64,000 nt of DNA, taken from assembly GCA_950097015.1 (NCBI GenBank), contig CATNEN010000001.1:5952001-6016000 (forward strand), written 5' to 3'. The notes under the pieces are model-generated. The model ran no database searches, was not told where the DNA came from, and saw only the letters and a list, made by a program, of their open reading frames with translations. How positions within the stretch are numbered: position 1 is the stretch's first letter; each line of letters begins with the position of its first letter. The position numbers and the translations under genes were made by a program. Below, piece by piece: positions 34,017-46,110 of the stretch. Source of the stretch: Macrostomum hystrix. Lineage: Eukaryota > Animalia > Platyhelminthes.

Positions 34017-36768
34017 ATGTCAGGCAACACTGAGCCATACGGGGAAATCAGTAATGATGAATATTCATTGAGAGACGACCAAAAAACTGCAATGAAAGAG
34101 TTGGAAAGACACCACGAAGATAGTCCGGATGAATGGGATGGTGAGACTTATATTTTGTACCTTAGTTTGAGAATCAAACTTCCAGCCCCTTTTTCAAAAG
34201 TTCTAACCTTAAACTCCGAAACGGTATGTCAAATGAATAATTAGTATGTAGCTCGTAACTATTTTTGTTGGGGGAGTGAGTGGCAATGCGGTTCACGCAT
34301 TTGCCTCTCACACCAAGGTCCCTGAGCTCGATTCCGCGGCGAGGCCACATTCATTTGGGGCACAGCCGCGGAGAGAAGGCTTGGGGGCTTGTCGTGCAAT
34401 TTACGCCCTTGAGATCTAGAGCCAACCTCTAAGGCGCAGTGAAAGTGTCAGTGCCTGACGATGAGAAAGTCAGGGCAGATGTACACACCTGTGTGAGCGA
34501 GTGCCTGCGTACGGTATCTGTGTGCGTGTGTGCTCAGGAGTCAGCGAAATGGGCAGAATTGCCTCCTCGCTGGCTGCAGGTCTAGTGTCACCAGCTATTG
34601 CCCCCAGCCCTCCAGCAATTATTATTATTTTCTTTTTTGTTATAATTTAGAATCGCCGGCGGATTACGAAGACACGGCTGCTCGTCTCGAAGAGCTGAAC
34701 GCTAAACTCCAGAGCGAGCCATTGCCGCCAGATGAATCAGAGAGGCCTTCAAAAATCAGATTCAGCGAAGAATTGATCCAAGTAGCTCCTTCTCCACCGC
34801 TCTCTCCGTCGCTGTCACCGTCGCCACCACCGCAGGATGGTGAAGATGAGGATCGGCTCGACAATGAGAAACCAGACGAGGTGCCAGAAGACATCAAAGA
34901 GGAGGCAACGACGACTCGCGACGACTCGACAGCCGTGGAGTTCAACGACAATGGTTCGACTGGAGAAGATGGCGGAGGCGGCCCTAGGGGTCCTGCCCCG
35001 CAGCAGGATTCGAGTAGGTCAGCAGAAAGCGAGGACAGCCAGGCTACTCGAAGCAGCCAAGAAGGCAAAGCAAGCTGCAACGGAAATACTAGTTTTAAAG
35101 GTGCGATCTAACTTGGGAGGGATTAAAACGCGTCCATAAATTCGAATCTGTTGGTGAGGCCAGGCTAGCATTGTAGATATTTAAGTATAAAGTTAAATGT
35201 GCGACTTAAAAAAAAACTTTTAATAGTTATTATAAATAATACTAAAAATGGTCGCTTAAATTTGCAGCTGCATGAACTGAAGCATGATATAGTTCTGAAG
35301 TGTCTTGAATAAGGACACAAGTCCACAAGTCCATTCTCTTGAATTGAGCTTGGATCTCGGATTCGAACTCCCGATCTCTCGGATTCGAACTCCCGATCTC
35401 TCGGATTCGAACTCCTGATCTCTCGGATTCGAACTCCCGATCTCTCAGATTCGAACTCCCGATCTCTCGGATTCGAACTCCCGATATCTCGGATTCGAAC
35501 TCCCGATCTCTCGGATTTGAACTCCCGATCTCTCGGATTCGAACTCCCGATCTCTCGGATTTGAACTCCCGATCTCTCGGATTCTAACTCCCGATCTCTC
35601 GGATTCGAACTCCCGATCTCTCGGATTCGAACTCCCGATCTCTCGGATTTGAACTCCCGATCTCTCGGATTCGAACTCCCGATCTCTCTCGAATTCGAAC
35701 TCCCGATCTTTCTCGGTCCAAACTCCAAATCATTAACTACTTGGCTGAAAGCTCCACAAGCTCCATAAATATCTACGAGGCTGACTTTAAAGGCAAATGA
35801 GTGCACACACTCCAGTATGAGATGTGTACTCACAGCTACTCACTGTCATTGCATTCAGGTACTACCAGACGATCATTCAGGCGCCGTTCGGGTTCAAATT
35901 CAACCGACGACGATAGCGGCTATCAAATTTGGCTGCGCCAGAAGGCCGAGCAGCAGCAACGCGAGGAACGTCGCGAGTTCGAGCGCCAGCAACGCCAGAA
36001 TGAAGCCGATGAGAATGCTAGGAGAGAGCGCGAGGCCAAGCTGGAGAGCTTAAACAAGAAGCTGCAGGAACAGCGGAAACAGGCGGAGCTGAAGGACAGA
36101 GAGCGACTTGAGAAGGAGGAAGCTGAGAGGCGCCGGCAGGATGAAGAGGCTAAGAAGAGACGCGAAAAGCTGCCAACAGTTGAACAATGGCTAGCTGGGA
36201 AGCAAGCTCAGAGAGACCGCGAGAGGGCCTACTCCAGAGCCGAGGAGAGGGAGATACAAGCGGTCAGTAGCAGTCGGGGCCACACTCCAAGGCAGGCTAA
36301 GCGAGCTTACAAACTGTGAGTATAATTTTTGCCTTCTGGCTCTGAGTGGTGTGATTTGTGTCTTTCTAGGAACGAAACTAAGACTATTAGACAGAGACGA
36401 TATTCCTATTTGACTTGGACGGTAATCCTGTTAGACAGTGACGATAATCCTGTAACAAGGAGACGATAATCCTGTAACAAAGAGACGATAATCCTGTAAC
36501 AAAGACACGCCAATCCTGTAACAAAGACACGCAAATCCTGTTGCACAAACCCTGTTAGACACAAATCCGCAAACCACCGTGAACCCAACCTTCCGCCAGC
36601 TGGTTGCGCCGCAAAGATGAGCAGGAGCGCCGAGAAGCTCTCGAGTTGCAGCAGAGGCTGCGAATTTCTCGCCTAGCCCTCCGGCGAACAAGGCGCTCCA
36701 AGGAGCTGGCGAGTGCACTGGCTGCAGCCAGCAGCTACAGGTATCTGGACTACTACGGCTATCGATAA
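34017..36768 (+). CDS. CCDC181: Coiled-coil domain-containing protein 181-like, about 399 aa
   Basis: Exons 34017-34140, 34651-35100, 35859-36315, 36600-36768 join in frame. RLEELN..L..EP, KIRFSEELI, repeated WL..K coiled-coil motifs, C-terminal YLDYYGYR. Confidence 0.7.
34270..34629 (+). mobile_element. tRNA-derived SINE family A, full-length copy
   Basis: Box A tggcaatgcgg, box B gagctcgattcc, (att)n tail; related copies at 17960, 29255, 47112. Confidence 0.88.
35353..35715. repeat. 22-bp minisatellite (gatctctcggattcgaactccc)
   Basis: About 16 copies in CCDC181-like intron 2. Confidence 0.95.
36422..36562. repeat. About 21-bp minisatellite (gataatcctgtaacaaagagac)
   Basis: Degenerate tandem copies in intron 3. 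Confidence 0.75.
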
Positions 36769-38220
36769 TAGAGCAGCGACAACTTCATCCCCCCCGCTTA
36801 ATAAAGGAAAAGAGAAATGACACAAGTTTCTTTCTGCAAAAACTTCGCCTGTGCTCGGTTAATAGGTTTCTTTATTAGTTTAAATTGGCGCCAATTTACG
36901 GCTTTATTTGTTTATTAATTCTTAATTAGGAACTTGTCACAGATTCGGACCAAGGAGCGATAGTGCTCCAAGTTTTCTTTTAGAACTACAAATTGCAATA
37001 ATTTAAAACCTGTTAACATGCAGAATCGCTTGTTCAAGAAATTATGAAGTAAAATTAAAACATAAAATATTAAAAATTCTCTACTGGTTACCTACTACTT
37101 GTAATAAATTAGTTTGCTTTTTTTCTACCGGAAACGATATTATGCAAGAAAATACCTTTCTTCCTGTATTTATTAGTACTCGTATTTGCAAATATTTTTT
37201 TCTTGTCTTCCAATGATTATAAATTTCGTAAAGCAGATTTTTATCTTTGTTCCCATCGCGTGAAGAACAATTCTGTCGCAGATTTTTCGCTATTTTTGTA
37301 TTTCACTTTTGTTATATTATTCTCTTAATCCGCTATTTTTTCTTCCATAAAGACCTATTTTGTGAGCTTAAAAGACGATTTCTGTACTGACGATTTTCAA
37401 TTTGTGAACGAAGAACTGGCTAATTGCAAAAAAAAGATTTAGAAATCCGATAGCGTTTCTTCTTCAAGCTAACGAAACGATGCCAGTGATGTCAGTGATG
37501 TCAGTGATGAATTGTGAACGTCAGTGATGAATTGCCGTATAATTTTCTGAAGTACTTTTCTCTCCGAGATAAAAATGGTCCGCAATTAGAGCAATTAGTG
37601 TGCTGCGTGTCACTCAGAGCCTTCTTTACAGCAGTGCAAATAAGCCCCATTCGGATTCTCTGCAGATTTGTTCCAGCTGCAAAATGGCCGACGTTCAACT
37701 GGGCAGTTAAAGGTGAAAGTGTGTGCGAAGCTAAATGCGCAAATAGTACATCACTCGTTAGTGCGTGTGCGTGTCGAAGTTACCATCCGTACTAAACTGG
37801 GATGCCCTGGGGATCAAAGGGAGTGTATAGAGAAAGATGGTATATTGCAACTTGGATGCTAAGGGGAGACAAAGGTGTGCGCCAATGCAACCTCCGTTAG
37901 CTGCCTCCGGCTGGCCAAGATCATAAACCATCCTTCCAAACTCGTCTCTCTCCGTGTCCTCCTCCTGCTAGAGGGCCAAACCACGAACTGTCCCATTTTG
38001 CTCTCTCTATCTCCTTCCTCCCTCTTCCACTCTCTCTCTATCTCTCTCTCTCTCTCTCTCTCGTTGTTTCGTCGAATTCGACCGGCTCCGAATGAATCTT
38101 CATCCGAATCTATCGGCCGTATATAAACGGTGGGAAAAATGCCCGGCTAGTGGGACTGTTTACAATTTCCGCTAAGATATATTTTGCCGCAGCCAAGTTC
38201 GAAGCAATTTTATCGAAGCA

Positions 38221-41153
38221 ATGTCTGAATCGAGCGGCAAAGATTCCGACACAATACTTGCATTGGCAGCTACTGTTGAGGACCCAAGTTTGGCAACAAC
38301 TCCGGGATTATTGCTCAGCCGACTGTCCGATGATTTTCTCCGTTGTCCGCGCTGTCTTCAGCGCTACAACCAGCCCAGACTTCTGGTCTGTCTGCACGCT
38401 GCCTGCCGCGACTGTTTGGAAGCTCTGTCAGAATCCACCGCGCCAGTAAGACCGTCTCGATACCGAAGCATTCGCAAAAGCGTCGAATGTCCGGTCTGTC
38501 GTCGCGTTACCGACGTCACACCGGGAGTTGATCGCCTGCCAGTTGACAGCGTACGAGCGCGTCTTCTGGAGCTGGTCCGCCTGGCCCAAGAGCGGTCATC
38601 GGCTGCAGGGTTGCCGTCTGCTAACAGCGCCTGCGCTGCTGAACTCTGCGAACTGTGCTCTAGAAATCGACCAGCCAGTAGTCGATGCCTCGACTGCGGC
38701 AAGCTGCTCTGCCTGGCCTGTCGTCAGCGGCATCGCCGAGTTCGCGTCACCAGCGAGCACGAACTGGTCGATGTTGATCGACAGATGGCGCTGCGATGCG
38801 AACGGCATCAGGACGAGCTGGTGCGCTTCTACTGCACCTCCTGCCAATGTCCCGTCTGCATCGGCTGCACCTTCTCTAGCGAGCACGCTGAGCACATCGT
38901 GCTCAAATTCAAAGACGCCGCTCAACAAAAAGCGGACGAGCTGGCCGAATTCTCGAGGCTCAGCGGGGAGAAGCTCCGGCAGCTGAGGGCCGCCCTGCAG
39001 CTGGCCAGGAATATTGAGGCTCACGTGACCGACACGGAGGCTGCGATACGCGAAGCAGCCAATCAGCAGGTTGGCAAACTGAATAGTCAGAGTAGTGTAT
39101 GAGGAAGAATTCTGAACAGATGTTTACACCAGTATAAGGTCTCTGGGTACGTTTGTGTGCTAGGTCTAAAAAGTATGCGTACAGCTCTTCAGTCCATGGA
39201 CTAGGATCGGGACACATCCACATTCAATTAACCCAGCTAAAGCTAGCACCAATTTTTATAGCTAGGTAAACTAAGAATCGCCGAGTTAAATGTCCCGCAA
39301 AAGGACACTGCAATAATCGAACCCCAACTTCCATTCGAACATGAATTCGACGCTTTAACTACTAGGCTATAACAAACTTTCTCAAGACTACTTAAAGTAT
39401 TCAAATGACAAAGCCATACTACTAAGAGCAGGATGCAACGAAAATATTAAGCTGTATGTAACGAAACGAAGCGAAACACTGCCGACCTCAGGTGTCCGCA
39501 ATCCGAGCAGCTCAGCAGACCCTTCTGGAAGAACTGCGCGCATTCTACGACTGCTGCGCGGACCTGCTGGCTGGTCGGCACGAGATCGCGGCCGCTCTGC
39601 GCGACCTCACTGAGGTCAGCAGCTTCAGCGAGCTGATAGAGCGAGGCCGCTACTCGGAGTCGCTGATGCTGGCGCCACGTGTGGCAGGCACCCTGGCGCG
39701 GTATGCCCACTACCAACCGCCAGCACCGCCGCCCACACCACGCCGATACCGCCTCCTGTTTGTAGAGGCCACATCATGCGAGTCGACCCAACCAATCACG
39801 CTGGGTCGCCTCGAGATGCAACGCTTGACGGCGTCCTGTTGCTTCAGCGACAGCAGCAGCACTGTTGGCAGCTGCGTCGACGTGACTTCGTTGAGCAGCA
39901 GCGACAGCGGTAGCAGTTGCGACTTGACCGCCGATGCAGTGGAGGACGATTCGCAGGCTGAGTCGTTCTTTACCTACGACAACAGCACGCTACGGTCGTC
40001 AGTGTGTCGTTCTCTGACCACAGACACTCTCGTGGCCAGCAACGCGGATGCCGAGTGTCAGACCGACTTCTGTCTGGTGGTGCAGCTGGGCTTTGCCAGG
40101 GCCAGACGCCACGAATTTGTGCAGAACGGCTTGGAGACAATTTCTGAAACTATGGAAACTAACTGTGAACTGATAATACCACAGTTAGCTTCTTGTGAGC
40201 ACTTATGGAACCTTTATGAACAGCAGTTTTATAGCTACAATGAGCCAAATTGTCAAGCTGCTCTGCCAGAACTGATCAGCAAAGAGTCGCTCTGCACGTG
40301 CACAATCGCTTGGCAGACGCTACTGGACGTCGCTGACGTGCTACCTATCGAGCTGATGAAGCGCCAATCGTCACACGACGAGGTTCGCGTCTGCAGCGTA
40401 ATGTTCGCTTCGATGGAGAGCGACGACTGTGATGGACTAGAGTTGCAGCCGCCGCCAAAGCTGTTCCGAAGTGTCGGCTGTCAGGGTGACAAAACTTTGC
40501 CGAGGCCAGCTGCAGCTGCGGTTGCAGCAACTCAGACGCCACATCTTCCAAGGCGTCGAGATCTAGCGAACTCCTTCGCTCAGACAGTGCAGCTAGCGTC
40601 ATTTTCGCGTGATATTCAAGCCCAGGCACCCACGGAGGAGCGCTGTGCTCAAACTGTCCGAATGCGACGCCTGAATGATGGTCAAATCGACAGAGCCACC
40701 CAGTGGGAGTCGCCGCCGAGTCGCACCTACCAGGAGTTCTATCGCTCCGGCCGCATAGTCCGAGTGATCGGCGGCAGCGGCAGCGGCAGCGCCAATGTCT
40801 GCGAACATCTGGCCCTGAGTCCGAGGGCTGCCAGACGCTATGACGAACCGGCGCGTTCGACATCCTCGAGAGCATCCGAGGAGCCGCAGCTTCACCAGCT
40901 GACCCGGCTTATGCAGTCAAAACGTCAGCCAGAAGCTCCAGTTGCATCGGCAGCCCCAGGACCGTCAACAATTCGACCAGCGCCAGCTGCAGCGAGCGGC
41001 GTGAAATTCGCGAAGCCGTCGTCCGCCAAGCCCGAAGAAGTCGTGTCATCGCTGGACCGGTTGAAGAATTTCTGTTCCAGACTGAGACAACGCCGGAGTG
41101 GTTTGGGAAAGCAGAAAGTTGTGCTCCTAGACGCATCAGCAACCAGTCAATGA
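38221..41153 (+). CDS. TRIM/RBCC E3 ubiquitin ligase (RING, B-box1, B-box2, coiled coil, long disordered tail), about 836 aa
   Basis: Exons 38221-39069 and 39492-41153 (phase 0). C3HC4 RING CPRC..CLHAAC.DC..CPVC; B-boxes CELC..CLDC..LC.AC..H..H and CERH..FYC.SC..VC.GC..EH.EH. Confidence 0.9.
39185..39375 (-). mobile_element. Degenerate SINE family B copy
   Basis: Reverse strand reads tatagcctagtagttaaagcgtcga...ggggttcgatt; cagtccatggact also shared with 25834-26127. A further remnant lies at about 32062-32150. Confidence 0.6.
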
Positions 41154-41428
41154 GTAGTCTCGCAGGTCCTAATGATCTGGGCCCTTCAGAATGCTCAGAT
41201 ATTTTTAGTTTTCATTGTCAACTGTCCATTGTCCATTTAAGTCAGTAATAATATTTTATTGTTTGTTTCACTTTTAGCTTCTGTGCAGCAGTGGTTTTGG
41301 TAAAGATTGCTAAAGAAATAAATTATCTAAGATGGCATGTTAAACGTAAATACAAATTTGCAAAGATTTCGTATTTATCAACTTAGCATGGCTCGCTTTA
41401 ACTATTTTACAAAAATTAGTTTCAGGTT

Positions 41429-43931
41429 AGCCTTATCTAGGACAGTAGCCGTAGCCTTATCTAGGACAGTAGCCGTAGCCTTATCCAGGACAGTAGCCGT
41501 AGCCTTATCCAGGATAGTAGCCGTAGCCTTATCCAGGACAGTAGCCGTAGCCTTATCTAGGACAGTAGCCGTAGCCTTAACTAGGACAGTAGCCGTAGCC
41601 TTATCTAGGACAGTAGCCGTAGCCTTGTCCAGGATAGTAGCCGTAGCCTTATCTAGGACAGTAGCCGTAGCCTTATCTAGGACAGTAGCCGTAGCCTTAT
41701 CTAGGACAGTAGCCGTAGCCTTGATTATCCAGGACAGTAGGCGTAGCCTTATCCAGGACAGTAGCCGTAGCCTTATCTAGGACAGTAGCCGTAGCCTTAT
41801 CTAGGACAGTAGCCGTAGCCTTATCTAGGACAGTAGCCGTAGCCTTATCTAGGACAGTAGCCGTAGCCTTATCCAGGACAGTAGCCGTAGCCTTATCTAG
41901 GACAGTAGCCGTAGCCTTGTCCAGGATAGTAGCCGTAGCCTTATCTAGGACAGTAGCCGTAGCCTTATCTAGGACAGTAGCCGTAGCCTTATCTAGGACA
42001 GTAGCCGTAGCCTTGTCCAGGATAGTAGCCGTAGCCTTATCTAGGACAGTAGCCGTAGCCTTATCTAGGACAGTAGCCGTAGCCTTATCTAGGACAGTAG
42101 CCGTAGCCTTGATTATCCAGGACAGTAGGCGTAGCCTTATCCAGGACAGTAGCCGTAGCCTTATCTAGGACAGTAGCCGTAGCCTTATCTAGGACAGTAG
42201 CCGTAGCCTTATCTAGGACAGTAGCCGTAGCCTTATCTAGGACAGTAGCCGTAGCCTTATCCAGGACAGTAGCCGTAGCCTTATCTAGGACAGTAGCCGT
42301 AGCCTTGTCCAGGATAGTAGCCGTAGCCTTATCTAGGACAGTAGCCGTAGCCTTATCTAGGACAGTAGCCGTAGCCTTATCTAGGACAGTAGCCGTAGCC
42401 TTGTCCAGGATAGTAGCCGTAGCCTTATCTAGGACAGTAGCCGTAGCCTTATCTAGGACAGTAGCCGTAGCCTTATCTAGGACAGTAGCCGTAGCCTTAT
42501 CTAGGACAGTAGCCGTAGCCTTGTCCAGGATAGTAGCCGTAGCCTTGGTTATCCAGGACAGTAGCCGTAGCCTTGTCCAGGATAGTAGCCGTAGCCTTGG
42601 TTATCCACGACAGTAGCCGTAGCCTTGGTTATCCAGGACAGTAGGCGTAGCCTTATCCAGGACAGTAGCCGTAGCCTTGAAGGACAGTAAGCGTAGCCTT
42701 AACCAAGACAGTAGGCGTAGCCTTATCCAGGACAGTAAGCGTAGCCTTAGCCAAGACAGTAGGTGTAGCCTTGATTATCCTGGGCAGTAGACGTAGCCTT
42801 GATTATCCAGGACAGTAGGCGTAGCCTTGATTATCCAGGACAGTAGCCGTAGCCTTATCCAGGACAGTAGCCGTAGCCTTATCTAGGACAGTAGCCGTAG
42901 CCTTATCTAGGACAGTAGCCGTAGCCTTATCCAGGATAGTAGCCGTAGCCTTATCTAGGACAGTAGGCGTAGCCTTGATTATCCAGGACAGTAGCCGTAG
43001 CCTTATCCAGGACAGTAGGCGTAGCCTTGATTATCCAGGACAGTAGCCGTAGCCTTATCCAGGACAGTAGGCGTAGCCTTATCTAGGACTGTAGCAGTAG
43101 CCTTATTCAGGACAGTAGGCGTAGCCTTATCCAGGACAGTAGCCGTGGCCTTGATTATCCAGGACAGTAGGCGTAGCCTTATCCAGGACAGTAGCCGTAG
43201 CCATATCTAGGACAGTAGCCGTAGCCTTATCTAGGACAGTAGCCGTAGCCTTATCTAGGACAATAGGCGTAGCCTTGATTATCCAGGACAGTAGCCGTAG
43301 CCTTATCCAGTACAGTAGCCGTAGCCTTATCCAGGGCAGTAGACGTAGCCTTGATTATCCAGGACAGTAGCCGTAGCCTTATCCAGTACAGTAGCCGTTG
43401 CCTTATCCAGGGCAGTAGACGTAGCCTTGATTATCCAGGACAGTAGCCGTAGCCTTATCCAGGACAGTAGGCGTAGCCTTATCCAGGACAGTAGCCGTAG
43501 CCTTATCTAGGACAGTAGGCGTAGCCTTGATTATCCAGGACAGTAGCCGTAGCCTTATCTAGGACAGTAGGCGTAGCCTTGATTATCCAGGACAGTAGCC
43601 GTAGCCTTATCCAGGACAGTAGCCGTAGCCTTATCTAGGACAGTAGGCGTAGCCTTGATTATCCAGGACAGTAGCCGTAGCCTTATCTAGGACAGTAGGC
43701 GTAGCCTTGATTATCCAGGACAGTAGGCGTAGCCTTATCCAGGATAGTAGCCGTAGCCTTATCTAGGACAGTAGCCGTAGCCTTATCTAGGACAGTAGCC
43801 GTAGCCTTATCCAGGACAGTAGCCGTAGCCTTATCCAGGACAGTAGCCGTAGCCTTATCTAGGACAGTAGCCGTAGCCTTATCCAGGACAGTAGCCGTAG
43901 CCTTGTCCAGGACAGTAGCCGTAGCCTTATC
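41429..43931. repeat. 24-bp satellite (gccttatctaggacagtagccgta), about 100 copies, with 28-bp variants
   Basis: 2.5-kb tandem array with a higher-order period of 388 bp in its 5' half. Confidence 0.97.
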
Positions 43932-44653
43932 AAGGGTTGCTCCTTCTTGCCTAAGAAGCAGCAATTTCGTTCGAAAACAATGAACTAAAAACCAAGAACA
44001 AATGTTGGAACTTTAAAGTCACAGACAAGCTGATTTGCAAAGTTGTTCAACCAAACAAAGCCATTTCAAAACCTAATCAGTTTTCAAATTAAGGGAGAGC
44101 CTAAACAGGATCTAACAAAGCCTATTTTTCCTTCAGAAATCTGATTGCTTCAGACCGCAACCGAATGTCTAAAAAAATGTTATTGTCACAAATTGTTACT
44201 GAACCAGAACCAATCTCATCTCTTTGACTCTCTTTCATGATGGTCTCTGACTCTCATTCAAGCTCATATACAAGCCGTATAGCTTTAAGTTAATCCTGAC
44301 CTCATCTTAAAAACATCAAAAGCCAACTAAATTTGTTCAGTGGTCCTTTGAGCCACTTGCATTTGACATCTCGACTTTGCCTTTTGAAAGGGAGTTTAGA
44401 AAAATGAGAAAACTTCAAAGTTAAACTTGTTGACTTTCTGAAAAAACATGGCCCTACAATTTTTTGAGTGACTTTGAGTTCAATTCAAATGAAGACAGCT
44501 CAAGTTGACTTTTCGATCTAATTCCTTCACAGCAGGTGCTTTGACCATTGAAGCACTTCTTTGTTCGACAGTCGATTTCTGATTAAAGCAAAAACATTTT
44601 ATCCGTAGTCATTGCAGGCAAGTGAACTTTAAATTTTGATAACAATTGTCATG

Positions 44654-45445
44654 AGTGATATTGTGGAGGGATTGTTATCAGTGGATGTTGTGGACGGATT
44701 GTTATCAGTGATATTGTGGAGGGATTGTTATCAGTGGATGTTGTGGACGGATTGTTATCAGTGATATTGTGGACGGATTGTTATCAGTGATGTTGTGGAC
44801 GGATTGTTATCAGTGATATTGTGGAGGGATTGTTATCAGTGGATGTTGTGGAGGGATTGTTATCAGTGATATTGTGGAGGGATTGTTATCATTGATATTG
44901 TGGAGGGATTGTTATCAGTGATATTGTGGAGGGATTGTTATCATTGATATTGTGGAGGGATTGTTATCAGTGATATTGTGGAGGGATTGTTATCAGTGAT
45001 GTTGTGGAGGGATTGTTATCAGTGATATTGTGGAGGGATTGTTATCAGTGATATTGTGGAGGGATTGTTATGAGTGATATTGTGGAGGGATTGTTATGAG
45101 TGATATTGTGGAGGGATTGTTATGAGTGATATTGTGGAGGGATTGTTATGAGTGATATTGTGGAGGGATTGTTATCAGTGATATTGTGGAGGGATTGTTA
45201 TGAGTGATATTGTGGAGGGATTGTTATCAGTGATATTGTGGAGGGATTGTTATCAGTGATGTTGTGGAGGGATTGTTATCAGTGATATTGTGGAGGGATT
45301 GTTATGAGTGATATTGTGGAGGGATTGTTATGAGTGATATTGTGGAGGGATTGTTATCAGTGATATTGTGGAGGGATTGTTATCAGTGATATTGTGGAGG
45401 GATTGTTATCAGTGATGTTGTGGAGGGATTGTTATCAGTGATAAC
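44654..45445. repeat. 26-bp minisatellite (agtgatattgtggagggattgttatc)
   Basis: About 30 tandem copies. Confidence 0.95.
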
Positions 45446-46110
45446 AAGCCAGGAAAAAACATCGGTTCTTATTCGCAAACTAACCAGCTTGATATGACAG
45501 TTGGGTAGTCAGTGCAATACGCTGTGCATAATCCTGCATCGTCGCTGGATATACGAACTATTATCCTGAAGGCTTACTAAGAGAAGTGGTGAAAAAAGGA
45601 GAAACGAATAAGTGGCCCGCTAATAAGTACAGATAGAGCGAGCACGCAAGCCTTGGGCGCGAGGCTGACCATCGCGCAATGAAAAGTGCGTCTTGATTGG
45701 GTCACTTTCTCGCTCACTCAATTCTGTCCTAGTTAAGTCACCCTTTTCCTATCTGTGTATCGGAGTTGAGCTGACTTGTCCTTGCGTGTGGCTCTAATTC
45801 CCCTGCGGACCCACACCCTATTCTAGCATGCACTGAATACCGGCGTCTTATCTGTGGCGGAGGGGTGGGCGCTCGCTCGGGTTGGCTGGCTGGTTCAAGA
45901 TTGGGTGGGGGTGAGAGGGTTGGATCAAGGGCGGGTTCTTATTAACACTGCTGACTCTAAAACACACTTCTAACCCAATTCGCTCCTACATATTCTGTGT
46001 TGCACAGCTCAAAACGTTGAAAAGTCACGTTCCATCACCAAATAATCAGTGCAAGCTGTCTGAACAAGGTAAAAAAACGGACCAACTAGTCAGGCATTCA
46101 TTATTAAGCA

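Noticed and set aside
34454-34475. Hammerhead-like CTGACGA...GAAA in SINE family A
   Set aside because: No stem II or stem III/NUH arrangement; it folds as a simple ctgac/gtcag hairpin.
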